From: Blasia pusilla | Taxonomy: Eukaryota | Reading direction: 5' to 3' | DNA: 64,000 bases | Assembly: GCA_050084515.1 (NCBI GenBank) | Contig: CM114271.1 | Span: forward strand, 6,572,001 to 6,636,000 | Shown: positions 39,078 to 51,500 of the stretch, one piece after another | Numbering within the stretch: the first letter of the stretch is position 1 | Layout: each line of letters opens with the position of its first letter | Program-made: the position numbers and the translations under genes | The notes under the pieces: model-generated | The model's database searches: none | The model's input: the letters and a program-made list of their open reading frames with translations, nothing else | Told to the model about the DNA's origin: nothing

Positions 39078-42000
39078 CTACACATTTGGAGGTGGCCATA
39101 TTTTAGCAAAATATTGTTCTATTCTTGTCGTCTGTTCCACATTTCCCAAGAGACTCGCGCGTAACATCTGTTCACCCAATGGCCCAAGTTTTTCCGCAAA
39201 TCGTGCTTGATCCCATCTTTTGGTCTGGACAAAATTTCCGATGTTCTAATGAGCATAGTAAGTGAACCGCTATAAATAAGACCAGAAAATATCTAATAAG
39301 GAACACCCAAAAATAGGAAATCTATTTTTTGTATAGTATGTACTTACCTCATAATCAGAAAACTCTATTGCCCTTGCAGCAGATTTGGTCAGCCTCGGCT
39401 CAAATGCGTACTTTTCCCCCAAGTCAGCTTTTGATTCCTTCAGAAATTGCAAAATCTTGACTGGCACAATTAAGTAATCCAAGCTGCAGCAGATTATCAC
39501 AACAAGAGTCATTAAAAAGCTAAGCCTGACAACAATGCCTCTGGATTAAGAAGCTAACTCTGAATATAATATGTAACGGTTGATTTGAAGGTTAATTGAG
39601 TTTCGGTTCCTGCCCTAAAGGTCTAGTATTCTTCTCACCCGAGCAGGCTGAATACGTCCTGTTTGTTTCGTATGGCGGCAGCCATCACTTTGGACTTATA
39701 TCCATATCTGTGGATGTGGTTGTACGTCTTCATTGCCTACCACAGTTACTCCACGGAAGAACCTCATTGGACGTACCAAAATCTGCTCAAAATGTATTTC
39801 ATGAAAGGAAACAATAGCAGTTTATTCTATTCTTCGAATTTCACACCTGGTCTAATTGAAAAACGATGAGATAAAGATAAAGATAAAGCGAAGTGAAGAG
39901 AGACCAGACGTTGAGTATATACCATCAAAGTCCGTGAGGGAAAGACTCACCAATGCAACTCCAGGATCTTGACCCATTTGAAGAGCTGCGTCTACGTCCT
40001 TATCACCGGAGTGATTCCGGGCCCAATCCTAACACGCCAAAAAATTGCAGGGAATTTAGAGCCATAAAATCAAAATCCACCTTGGGAGTGCTTTGAACAA
40101 GCAAAGCATCCTAATTGGAAAACCTGAAATTGATATGTGAGGATTTCAGGAAATAATTCTTTGGAACTTAACCCTACCCGCACTCGACCAACGTACACTT
40201 GAATGACAGAAGCTCCAGCTTGAGCTGCTGCTGCGGCTTGCGTGAAGCTGCCACATCAAGCAAGCAACATATCTGCAGTCCTGAAACTCGGTCTACTCCA
40301 ACCTCAAACTCATCGTAGCCCAGGCACAGACGATCAAAGCCTAACTGCTGTCATGATTTGCCCCTAATGCATCTGAGAAAGAAATACGATTACTTAACGC
40401 CAAGTCAACCTTCCAGGTATGCAATTTAAAATGAAGTCAACAGAACTCTTTAGGCATCTTGGACCTTTCAGTACAAGGATCATACACAAGATTCTGTACA
40501 GCGCAATTCTGGTAAGTAAGCAAATCACTTTAGGGAAGTGACGTCAAATTAAATGCGTGACAATAAGTTTGTTGAAAATCAGGTGCTCTTATCTCACCCT
40601 CTGTAGATATGGGGCCATCAATTCAAATCCAAATATCTCCATAGGACCAAATCTAACCTGTAGACATGGGTGATGTGTGTTTGAACACCCTCTTTCTCTA
40701 GGTGTCTAGCAGCATCAATTCCCTGCACGGATCACGCGTCAATAAGCGCCTCGTCAAAGATAAGGGAAAGAAATACCTAGTTCAGGGATCACTCGAGACT
40801 CATTTAAACTAGCAACTCTCTGCAAATCTTCCCCATGATCAGCTTAGGTTATTTGGGTCAGTAGATCTTGAAAGGAAAAGTTCTGAAAGATGACCTTTTG
40901 GAAGTCTGAATCAATTAAATTCTGTGAATTGCGTGAAGATTACTAAGAGGGAACTGGTTGACAAGTTGCTTCAGCTAACATGATGCACGAAAGTCTCTTC
41001 CTATTGCCCTGCAAAGCAAACAATCAAATCGCTAAACAAACGAAACACTGGCATATCATTCCCAGTAGAGACAGATTCTACCTGCCAAGTTCCTGAGATT
41101 TTGAACAGAAGACGCTCTCTTGCAACCTCAACCTCGTCATACAAAGAAAGAAGTTCCTGCACCTGTTCCCATTACAGCTACACGACTTTACAATGAGCGG
41201 CCCAAACGGAACAACCGAAGAGAATCAATCTTCTCCTCCATAACAGCGGTCTCTTCGTTTTGACGTCAGTACAATGGAACGGTTGTGCAGCTATAAGTAC
41301 CTCAGCATCTGATCGTAACTATCAAAAGATGAACTTCATAAACTCCAAAAATTCTTTTCATGATGCCCTTCGACAAACTGGTCATTTGTCCAATGCCTTT
41401 CGACTAGTTCACCCCGGCCTCAAATACATTCTCTATGATGTCTGGGGCATGATTCAGAATCTCGCATCCCGTCACTGAAAACCCGAGACAATTCCCCCGG
41501 AAAGTTTGAGTCAGATTCCCATATTGTTTGGCCAGTTGCGCTTAGCATCAAATACCTTCTCTATTATGCCCGGTGTATCATATGACAATCTGGCATCCAC
41601 CTCTGTCGAAACCCGTCCTGGTACCAACTTCACAAGGTCTGCTCCGACGTTAACTAAAGCCTGCCGCACGGCTGATTAGTCAAATTATCGCCGCCCGACT
41701 GAAAAAAAGGTGAAACAAATGTCTTCGGGGGCACATGCAAAGATCCATCAGTCACATAAACAACTTTCGAAGAGTTGGTATTTAGCAAAATATCTCGTCA
41801 ACCGAACAAGGGAGTCACTTGATGTGGATCAATACTTTGCTTAGAAAGCAGGAAAGTCTGCCAGGAGTGCTCTGAATCGTGTAGCATTTCCCATACGCCA
41901 ATGCTCTCTCAATTGCGCTCTGCAAAACGACATCACAGTTGCTGTCTCGTGAGAGTGTTGTCCACTTTCGAGAATCTCCTTCATATGCGATACACTATCA

Positions 42001-43242
42001 GAAGGATCTTGCTCGAAACATTGATATGACATAACCGTCCCACATACGAGTGACGGTCCACTCGAAAGCGTTACGCTTACGTTGTATCTCGCTCGTGGAA
42101 GACCGGTTATGCCAAGGAGTACTGACGGGCTCACTGTAGCGGCTGTCGGGGGGAATCTGTTTACGACAAACACCTGCTGTCAGACATAATTCCTGTGACC
42201 GATAGAGATGTCGATTCCAGTGTCATCTCGCAGCCTCTTCTTAAGAATGTTCCAGAATTGCGACAAGATGGGAAAGAAAGCACCACTACATCCATTCTAC
42301 CTCTCAAAATCGTCGAAGATAACAGTGTCAGGAACAATTTCGCTGAATTTTGATATGGCATCCAGCTCCGTGCCTGCAACTGCTCATGCCTAATAATCAA
42401 GACAGTGCTGAGTACATTTCAAGAAAAAACTTACTTCTGAACTTCTACCCTTTGAAACTTCCTAAGAAATTCAACAAAAGTTGTGGCCATCGACTTCAAA
42501 TGCAATTCTCCGATTCAAGCTCTGCACTCCGGTGTCACAGAGATAGGAAGGCAAAGTGTGTAACCTACCAACGCTGATTTCTGCACGGGGAAATAACACA
42601 GCTCTACGGGCGGTTGATGATACTCGCGGGTTGTGGGGCACAAGACTCCTCCATTTAACCGCAGGTATGGTAGACACAAAGTTACGAATACAAGGCTGCA
42701 ACAAGAAATTCAAGGACGACCTTCAATAATAGAGTACGCCCCAGACCAAAGGACGTTGATGCACAAGTTAATATGAATGTCTCACTGCGGCGCGTTTCTT
42801 CAATAAACAATTGCTACTCGCTCTGTGTTGTGTGACAGTACATGCATGAAATTTTGAAATTCCTTCACATACAGGGCACCGCTAATTCTATCCAATTTTA
42901 AAGTGGCATGTGCCCATGCTTACGAGTCGCCATCGGTTGCGACATTCGTACTCTAGTTAGATTTCTTAGAATCATTTCCTTTCGAAGAGCATCGGAATTT
43001 TGGACTGATCATCTACGTAGTGGAAGCAGAAAAACTACAATACGAGGCATGAAGATGAACTACAGCTTCAGAAACGTGTTCATCATAAACCATGTCAATA
43101 GACCCTCATTCTGTATAAGAGGCTTGAGCGCCCAAGAATTTGCCTTGGAGCCATTGTGCACCCGAGAGAAAGGTGTCCGCGACGAGTCCGCCGATGATCG
43201 TCGGGTAGAGGGCAAAACAAAGAGACCAGCTGCGATCGCCAT
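39078..43242 (-). CDS. Transaldolase, plant plastid-type (Arabidopsis AT1G12230-like family) with transit peptide
   Basis: Exons (minus): first from ATG 43242 ([17 protein letters not shown]..., donor uncertain), 42695-42569, 42373-42301, 42156-42081, 41919-41836, 41660-41556, 41162-41082, 40722-40658, 40247-40178, 40028-39951, 39736-39639, 39483-39348, 39224-39078. Motifs: [50 protein letters not shown] (Schiff-base Lys), [10 protein letters not shown]-terminal KIWPPPNV*. Confidence 0.93.
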
Positions 43243-43884
43243 TACACCAACTACTAAAAGCGCTCCGAGAAAGGAGCGACTGCCGATTGCTATGAAGGCA
43301 CAAGGGATATCGTTCAAGATCCTCCAGGACTCGATCAGACACCGTGAGCGTGCATACTTTGTTCGCGAAGTCCAAAAGCAGACGCCCGAATTCCCGGCTG
43401 ATGAACAAAGGCAGGTAGAGGTATGTGCGAGGTGGCTGCGCTCACAATCGTCCTTGAGGCGGAGTGGAGTAGGTGGATGTCGTTACCGAGCGCTCTTCTC
43501 GTGTCTTCTTCAACTCCCGTCCAGAGAGTTTTGTCAGACTTTCCTTGCCGTGCTATGCTGTAAGATGCAGCAAAGTGGACATCACAGGTTGGACGCCTGT
43601 ATGAGCTCTCAGTCCAGGCGCCGATGATGTCTGTCATTAACCATGAACCGCGACCGAGTGACTACTCTTGTGAACACAACGACTATGGTTGGTTGCATTA
43701 TACTACAAACACTACTAAAATACGCGGTTCAAATACTAAAATACGCGGTTCATGAGAAAACTGTTGGGAAATTCTCCAAGTTCGATTTGCACTCCTTACG
43801 CAAAGGGATTATCGTGGCTGTGTTGCAATGAGATACATCGCCGGCGTGGTTAGAGGAGCGGACGAATGACCATAGCCTTCCGAG

Positions 43885-44099
43885 CAATGATCGGGGAGAT
43901 TCGGGGTTACGAGTAAGGCTAGCCGGTTAAATTTGAGAATTCCCGACTAATTTTAAAGCTGCCTACGAAAAACCGGTTAGATTTGAGGACGCTCTTTGTA
44001 TTTCGTATCTGAAAACCGGTTCAAAAACCGGAATTCCCGTTCCCGATTTACCATTCCCGGGAATGTACCGGGTCCCACGAAAAAACTCCCCGAACCCTG
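43885..44099. mobile_element. 215-bp hAT-type MITE
   Basis: Perfect 8-bp TSD CTTCCGAG at 43877-43884 and 44100-44107. TIRs CAATGATCGGGGAG / CTCCCCGAACCCTG (11/14 match, CA...TG). Internal AAACCGGTT/TTCCCG subterminal repeats. Confidence 0.9.
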
Positions 44100-45499
44100 C
44101 TTCCGAGAACTGCGAAAGTCAGGTCACCGGCAATAACGAAGGACCGCGCAGTTCACGAGAAACACACTCACTGACACCCGCCTGCCTAATCTCCCCGACT
44201 TCGCCTTCGCCGTCAGGCCCATTCTCATCCTGTGCTTACCATACGGCAACGTTATTCTAAGACAAGCTCGCTCATGAGTCATGACATGAGTTGCCAATAT
44301 CGTATCCCTCCGGGAAATGCTGCCTGTCACTCTGGGCCATATCAGCATTTAATGCAGACATCAGATCTGCCAACAAATGGCGAAATCCGCCTAAAGGACT
44401 CCCAAACTATTCATGAAAGGACACGATAGCCAGCATCATGATCGCAATGCCCTCGTGCCAAGCACAAACTCCGGATGGCGTTGGCATTGAGGTGGACGAC
44501 GGGCGTGCTGGTGACTAGATGTGGCAGCTACGCCACGGCCAAACGCCCTAGCTGCTGCGCTGTTGCGCGCATTAATGGCCCGAACACTTCCGAACCCTAA
44601 TCTCCCACATCTAGCCCGCCAGCGAGGCCTCGTGCTATCCGCTCCGACTGGGTCCAATGGGATCTGGGAATTTCGGAAACCCGGTCTCTCATTATTCTGA
44701 CTTCACATGACTTCCGACGGAGTCGGACGGACGTCTCTCTTTACCTCCCAACCCTTCACAGTCGTCGGAGTGAAAAACGGACGACGACGAGACACGTCAA
44801 CGGAAACCATCGTGCCGATGCCAGACAGTTTGTTAAGAACGGAGATATTATTGACGGGACGAGCCGAGCTTTTGGGAGAGGGACGGAGCACGGGCGGTCG
44901 GTCGGTCGGTCGGTCGGCCGGGGAATCCTTTTGTCCACCGTTAAACATGCTTCCCACGTTGTTGGTACGGGGCTAAATAGGGCAATTCAAATCGGCCCCC
45001 GTCCGGTGTCACCTTCTATCGCCACAGGGATCACACATGTGTTTTTTTTAATATTCTTTATTCTTAAATTTATATTATTATCGGAGAACGTTTTCTTATT
45101 TGTAAATAAGAAAACGTTTGGTTGAGTACCAAAAACTCACGGTTGAACATTTTTAGGTACTTGAGAGACCTCCAAACGCTAATTGGGTCAAGTTTCCCCA
45201 AATGCATACCATCTCCTTGGGAAGTCCCTTCTCCAAACTTCAATCAATCTTCCCAAGTGGCTTGCCTATCTATACCCAAGTGCATTGATTATTTCTTCAA
45301 GGTGCATCCCCTAGCTCAAACTTTAAACAAGGCCAAAAACGCATCACGGTTAGTTTCTGGTTCAAGAATTTGAGCGGGTAGGGAAGGAGAATGTTCCCCC
45401 CTATAGATATTTCTAGGATTCTCCGTGAGAACCCCACCTTCCCCATTGTCTCACTCGGGCCCTTAATTTCGGCCCTAAACCCAAACGTGGTTCGCGACC

Positions 45500-47650
45500 C
45501 GTAGATCGGCGTTTGACTAGCTATCCATCAAGATGACTTGGTGGATTCTTCATGTAGATTATGCAACTCTCGGCTTCCCAAATGCATCTTGGAGCTTTGG
45601 ACCCGCATTTTGTGTGTCTCATGGCTACCATACGTCTCGAGTCCTCGTTTGGTGTCTTATAATTGTCTTGCCATCCATTGCTTTTTGTGACTAATCTCGT
45701 GGTATCTTGCTCATCTTGGCTACTCACCTGTTCCTTGCTTCTTGCCCTTCATTCGGCATTTTGCTCTAAGATCTCGAACCTTGCTTGCTTTGCCTTTTTC
45801 CCTGCGATTAGCAATGCCCCTCTTTTGCCTCTAGCTAGTCATAAGACACGTGCACATCTCGCCTAACATGAGTCTTGTGGCCAATTCTGCGACCCTTTCT
45901 AATCTCGCGACTAACTAGACAAGGTTCCAACCCCATTAGGTCATACCAAGGTCTTCCCTTATTAGACTCGCGATCATGACTCACTTCTTGGATCCTCACT
46001 GGCGTGAATGCCATAGACTTAGCTACTTGCGACGCAGTCACATTTCTATCTCCTCTAGAGTCAACTTGATTGGATGTAATTGTGATTCTTTGTGTAATAC
46101 CTTTGGTATGGCTTCCATGGCATATATATTTAATCTCTTATCCTTTTCTTACTATTCCTCTACACATCTATATATTTAAAAGACCCCTTTGTCATCCTCA
46201 CTCTTTACTATATATTAAAAAGATATTACGATATATGTGGTGTACCTCTTAGTTGTGACCCTAATCCCTCACAACTATGATCTCCCAAAGACTATCTCAT
46301 ATTCACATTTGATCTCCCATCTAGAAGAATCATCTAAATCACTTGATCATTGCTCATTACATTAATCTCTCGAGCCCTCCGAAATACCTCAAGGCTTGAA
46401 GCCTCAATACATATTTGGTCCATGTTGATGATCTTAAACTTATTCTTCAATTGTCACGAACTCAATCCTCTATGTAAATTCCTTCTTACACTTGGGGTTA
46501 AGGCTATCAATTGCCCAAATTTTACTTTTGCTTTTAGACCTCCAATATCCTCCAAATATCATACTAATCTTGATTTTTGGAAATGGGGAAATTGCTCACA
46601 TGCAACTTTCTCCTTGATCCCTTTTCCTTCTTGGCTATTGAACAAGAATTTGGGTTCAAGGAAAAGATTGTTTCAATGACTTCGTCCATTGGGAACTTAA
46701 TCTTATTCCTTTCCTAAGCTAGTAAATTCATCCCCCTCCATCTTTGAACTCTTAAGGTGTCTTTTAAACCTCAATAAAATACCAACATTTTGAATCACTG
46801 CCCTTTTGGGTATCCCCACTCATACTAGCCCCATTATTATTCTCTAAAACTCTTGGAAAATCTCTTGCAAAATATTTCGTTCCACATCTTTGACATATAA
46901 TCCTTCCATAATATCCTCTACCTTGGTAAGTTACTTTGTAATATTTTTCCCTTGAATATTGGTAATTTAAAAATCTAATTTTAATCCTCTCATAACCATT
47001 ATGTCCTCGTTTGTAGAATTGAATGCTCCCCCCTACATTATCTCTCCTTTCCACCGATTCAACTAAATTCAAACTTAATTGCTCCAACCTATAGGTTAAA
47101 TATAACAAGTTTACCATAAAAGGTTTAAATATAGATAAATATGACTAATGTTGCATCTGATTCGCAATGGCTTAAGCTTTCTCCCATCTTTTTTCCTCCA
47201 AGCTTGCCTTCATTCTAATTACTATATATTTGTATGACTTGTTTATGAGTTCTAGGCCTCTTATACTTCACTTCCCCTCACATGTCTAGTCTCAAAATAA
47301 AAAATGAAATGCCTTGCCAACATTTTCATAATACCCATCATTAGAGATATCATCATCTTCGTCCCTCAAAATAGTTTGAAATCTCTCTTCTAGATTATCC
47401 ACTTGCTCTACATACTTCTTCACTCATTGTAAAATCCTCCCTTGAAGGTTACTAATTTCATGCAACAATATTTCATACTTTTTCACTCAAAAGAAACTCC
47501 TTCCTCAAAGACTTTGCTAGTCCATGTCACATTTCTTTGACTTTATTTGATAGATCTCCATAGCATTGTAATGCATTTTTTCCAAAAACTCAAGACAAAA
47601 TGCAACCCAATCTCCAAGTTTCTTCTTCCAATTCCCAATACAAGCATAAC
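45500..47650 (-). mobile_element. Heavily decayed Ty3/gypsy gag region
   Basis: Minus-strand fragments include a degenerate zinc knuckle (ICQRCGTKYFARDFP) and KAKVKFGQLIALTPSVRRNL, similar to gypsy gag-protease linker motifs. Many stops. Confidence 0.4.
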
Positions 47651-47690
47651 TTAAATCCCTTAAAATATCCCTTGATGTTCTCTCCTTCCT

Positions 47691-47695
<5 letters not shown>

Positions 47696-47748
<53 letters not shown>
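47696..47748. repeat. (TA)n microsatellite, ~26 units
   Basis: Uninterrupted TA run. Confidence 0.98.
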
Positions 47749-47751
<3 letters not shown>

Positions 47752-48990
47752 ACATTGGAATATGACATGTATACGTTGAGTATATCACGATAAGAAAAGC
47801 TTGCATTTATGACTTTCATATACTAGATTAAATCTTTGATGATATGAAGTGACTTGTAATTAGTGATGGTCCATAGAGTCATAAAAACTAAGTTATTTAC
47901 AATTAATGATGAAGGCTATCGGGCCATTAATATGGCTGATACATCAACAAAAATATTTATTTGCTCCTCATTTTTCGTACTCCATCCATCCATTTTTCCC
48001 TTGACCAATCATCCATCCATCATCCATAACTCCATTTTTTGTCCATCAACCCTCCCTCACTCCATCCATTCATTTTCCTCCCTCCAGGGTCCACCCTCTA
48101 TCCATTCATTTTACATATGTCTGCACTCCATCGAAATGTTAATTCTCTCACTCTCAGTTTCGTTTGCCCACCATCCATTTATTCGTTATTCTTCCATCAA
48201 AATTATAAGGATATGGGATTCAAATCTGAACCACCTTCTTGAAAATGAGTCTTGGTACCATTTCCCCCAAACATTACACATGTAAAACACTAATACATTT
48301 TAATACATTAATAAATATTATATGCCAATTTGATAGTTTTCTTTTAACATGCATATTTCTTATTAAAATTATTTTAGAAAAAGAAGTGATAACCTACATG
48401 GATGACAAAGAGTAGATAGTTTCTTAAGAAATTAAGTCGTTTGAAACATAGAAATATGAAAATTTTGATTCTTGAAATGATTAAAGTTTTTTCTAACTAT
48501 CGAAACCATTCAAAAGAAAACATAATGTATTTGGCGGTTCATGTACAAAATTTAAGTCCTTCAATTGTTGTAAAAATATTCTACATAAAATCTTACCAGA
48601 AATAATTACATCTTATACTTAATTGGAAAAATAATTATTTAAATAGTCTTGGTAAATAATTATTCTTTATAAAAAAATTTTGTTATCACTTTGTTGTTTC
48701 AAAATAGATGAGTACTTACATGTAAAAATAAGAAGTAAATGATTTTTAAAACATAACATTACAAATCCATAATTTAAAACGAAATTTTAATTTTTAAAAT
48801 AATATTCTTAAATTATGGGAAGATCTACGATGTTCACATCAAAAAAATTACAAATAATTTTTTAAGTTTAAATTAATATAATGATTAATAAATATAAAAT
48901 TACTAAAGATAATTTGGAATAACATTGATAGTGACTTTGATAATATTATTCTTGATGAGTATTTTTTTCGATTAGTGCATTGTCTCTTGA

Positions 48991-50305
48991 ACATTCACCA
49001 TATTGATGAACATCGTCTTTCATAAGAAGATAGATGGGTATGTTATCAACTTTATTGATAACATATAAATTTACTTGAAATCACTAGAAGAGCATGCTCA
49101 CCATTTGGAGGCAGTTTTTTCAACATGTAGGATCGCGTAAGAACAAGTTAAATGGCAATGTGGAGAAGAGTATATTCGGCTTGAGCAAGATGATGTTTTT
49201 TGGCTATATAATTAGTGCAAATGGAAAAGGTCTTGACAGGCATAGAGCCAAAGCTATTGATGATTGCAAACCTCTATCATTATGAAGGTGATGAGAAGGT
49301 TCATTGGATTTTTCCAATTCTACTAGACTTATATGAGGAACTTTTTAGTTATAGTGAGATCTCTTACAGATTGGACCAAGAGTTTTCCAACACCGCATAG
49401 ACCCAAGAAGTCAATGTAGCAATCTATTGATTCAAAGAGATCTTATCACACAAGCCTATGCTAAACATGGACATGTTCGCGAACATAGATATTTTCGAAA
49501 TGAAAACATGATGCTAAAGCTAGTGGAGATCAAAAAATCGTTCGAGGTGCATACGGATGCTAGTGACTATGTCATTGTAGGAATGTTGATGCAAGAAGGG
49601 AGACATGTAGCATACAAAAACAAGAAGCTTAGCAATGTAGATCATAGATGGCCTACTCACGAGAAAGAGTTGTTTGTAATGGTTGATTTTATGAGGAAGT
49701 AACATCATTATTTGGGGCTTTACTAGACTTGGATGTACACTAATAACATATCCCTCAAGCACTTTGAGATACATAATCGCGTTACACCAAAAAAACTTTG
49801 ATGGCATGATACCTTGGTGCTCATGAATGTGAAACTAGTCCATAAGCCACTAAAATCTAATGTCAACTTTAGGCATTGAGTCACAAAGATGAATACGTCC
49901 CATCAACTACACAAGTCATGAGAGCTATGTTTCCCAAAGAAATAGATCTAGATAGACGACGTTGTGAGGGATACAGGAAGGATTCTCAAGCACATGAGTA
50001 CTTAAGGAAGTTGAAGTGGGAAGATAAGATAGCTAATATAAGTTCGAGGCACGATTTGCTAAGGTTTAAGCAAAGCCACATCTATGTCAATAAGAGTAAG
50101 TTGTGGACTAAGATGGCGATCACATAGGTTACCAAGGAGCATTATTTCAAATTGAGATGGAAAGTTCACAAGTGCATTTTGGAAATATTTTTTTATAAGG
50201 TTGAGGACAAATTTGAGCATAAGCATAACTTTCCATCCTCAAACAAACGGACGGATGGAGTGAGTAATTTTGGTCATGAACCAATATCTAAGGAATTATG
50301 TGAGT
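48991..50305 (+). pseudogene. Old, internally deleted Ty3/gypsy pol fragment (RT C-term, RNase H, partial integrase), same family as 57.7-59.7 kb
   Basis: Colinear with 58043-59665 (e.g. FEVHTDASDY...QEGR.VAY..KKLS...RWPTHEKELF; TQVMRAMFPKE). Lacks the segment equivalent to ~59115-59480. Many stops and frameshifts. Confidence 0.9.
49466..49510. mobile_element. 45-bp insertion with 8-bp TSD (minimal hAT-like element or footprint)
   Basis: ATGCTAAA at 49458-49465 and 49511-49518. Insert begins and ends with CATG. It is absent from the paralogous pol (GAACCAGTGTTGAAGCTG, ~58500). Confidence 0.7.
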
Positions 50306-50726
50306 AGTAAGACTTGATAATTTAGGAAGTTATATCACCAGATTAGATAATGAAAGACTATAGTCTTTGAAGACTCATATGCCCAATTCTCTTATACCAC
50401 ACATTGAGGCTCGTAACTTGATGCCTAGTTTGATTATACAGTGTCGTTTGAATCTATGATAGAGAAACATCTAATTTCAACATTTAGCCATATCTTGTTC
50501 CTTTGGCTATTATAGTCTGGTCATCCATTGTTTCAATCGAGGTTTCAATGAAGCAACCATACATTTTAAACTTTAGCTTATAACCTTGTTCAACTATCTT
50601 CCAAACATCAAGTTTCTTGCAAATGGTAGGAACAAAGAGAACATTTCCAAGAGCACAAAGACCACCTAATGCTACGAAAACCTTATGAGTATGCCTGATA
50701 CGATGTTGTGTATTTTTTGTCGCGCC

Positions 50727-51500
50727 TGTTAGGATAGATTGACAAGATGTAGTTAAGCGCCTTTGAGGATAGTGGAGGACAACCTCAAGGAGTCAAGGAT
50801 GGCATGTTGAGGCCAAGGTTTACCCGAGAGAGCAAGTTTTCCCTTCGTTTTGGCTCGTTTGGAGCCAAATATATACTATTTTGGGTAAGTTATTATTTTG
50901 AGTAGAGTTTACTTTCCACTTTGGGAAGTGACCATTGATCCTCTACAAAAGGTCAAGAGCCAAGGAGGTAGCCTACGAGCATAGGTTAGGGTGAAGAGAG
51001 CTTGGAAGAAGGAAGGGTTCGAGTATGTCCAAGGAGAGAGAGTTTTGGAGGTCATTCTCTCTTTGTTGAACCTCTTGGGATGAGTTGGTGGAGCTATGGT
51101 CCTCCTTGCCTTATGTGTAGCCCAAGCCTTTCATGAGGAGAGTGGGTTTGGTTTGACATGAGAGAGAGTGAGAGATTTGTGTGCACCATGGAAAGTCATT
51201 ATTGACAAAGAACCTTGATTTACAAAGACAAAATGAGAGATTGAGAGCATTGTAGAGAGCTCTATAATGTACACATTGTAGAGCTTTATATTATGCACAT
51301 GGGAGATTGATGGTGTCTCATTGTGTATACAGGTTGGGGACTATGTTCCCTCACGGTAGTGCTCATGGGAGCAAGAGCAATCCATTTGAGTGCGTTGTTT
51401 GTTGTTTTTTCATACAGAAGAGTCGCACGCAGAAGCCCCTCCCAAGTTTTGCTACGAATTGAGTATGGGGGTAGGTTGCTCCATGTTGGTGCTTCCAAGA
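50727..51500 (+). mobile_element. Possible solo/remnant LTR
   Basis: Begins TGTTAGGA with an abrupt compositional change to GA-rich, LTR-like sequence. No partner LTR or PBS confirmed. Confidence 0.25.

Noticed and set aside
42908-43627. 239-aa plus-strand ORF
   Set aside because: Antisense to the transaldolase first exon/5' region; no recognisable domain; GC-rich shadow ORF.
43713-43752. 21-bp tandem duplication TACTAAAATACGCGGTTCA
   Set aside because: Simple local duplication; no further structure.
47975-48200. TCCATCCA-rich stretch with 140-aa ORF
   Set aside because: Low-complexity repeat producing a spurious ORF.
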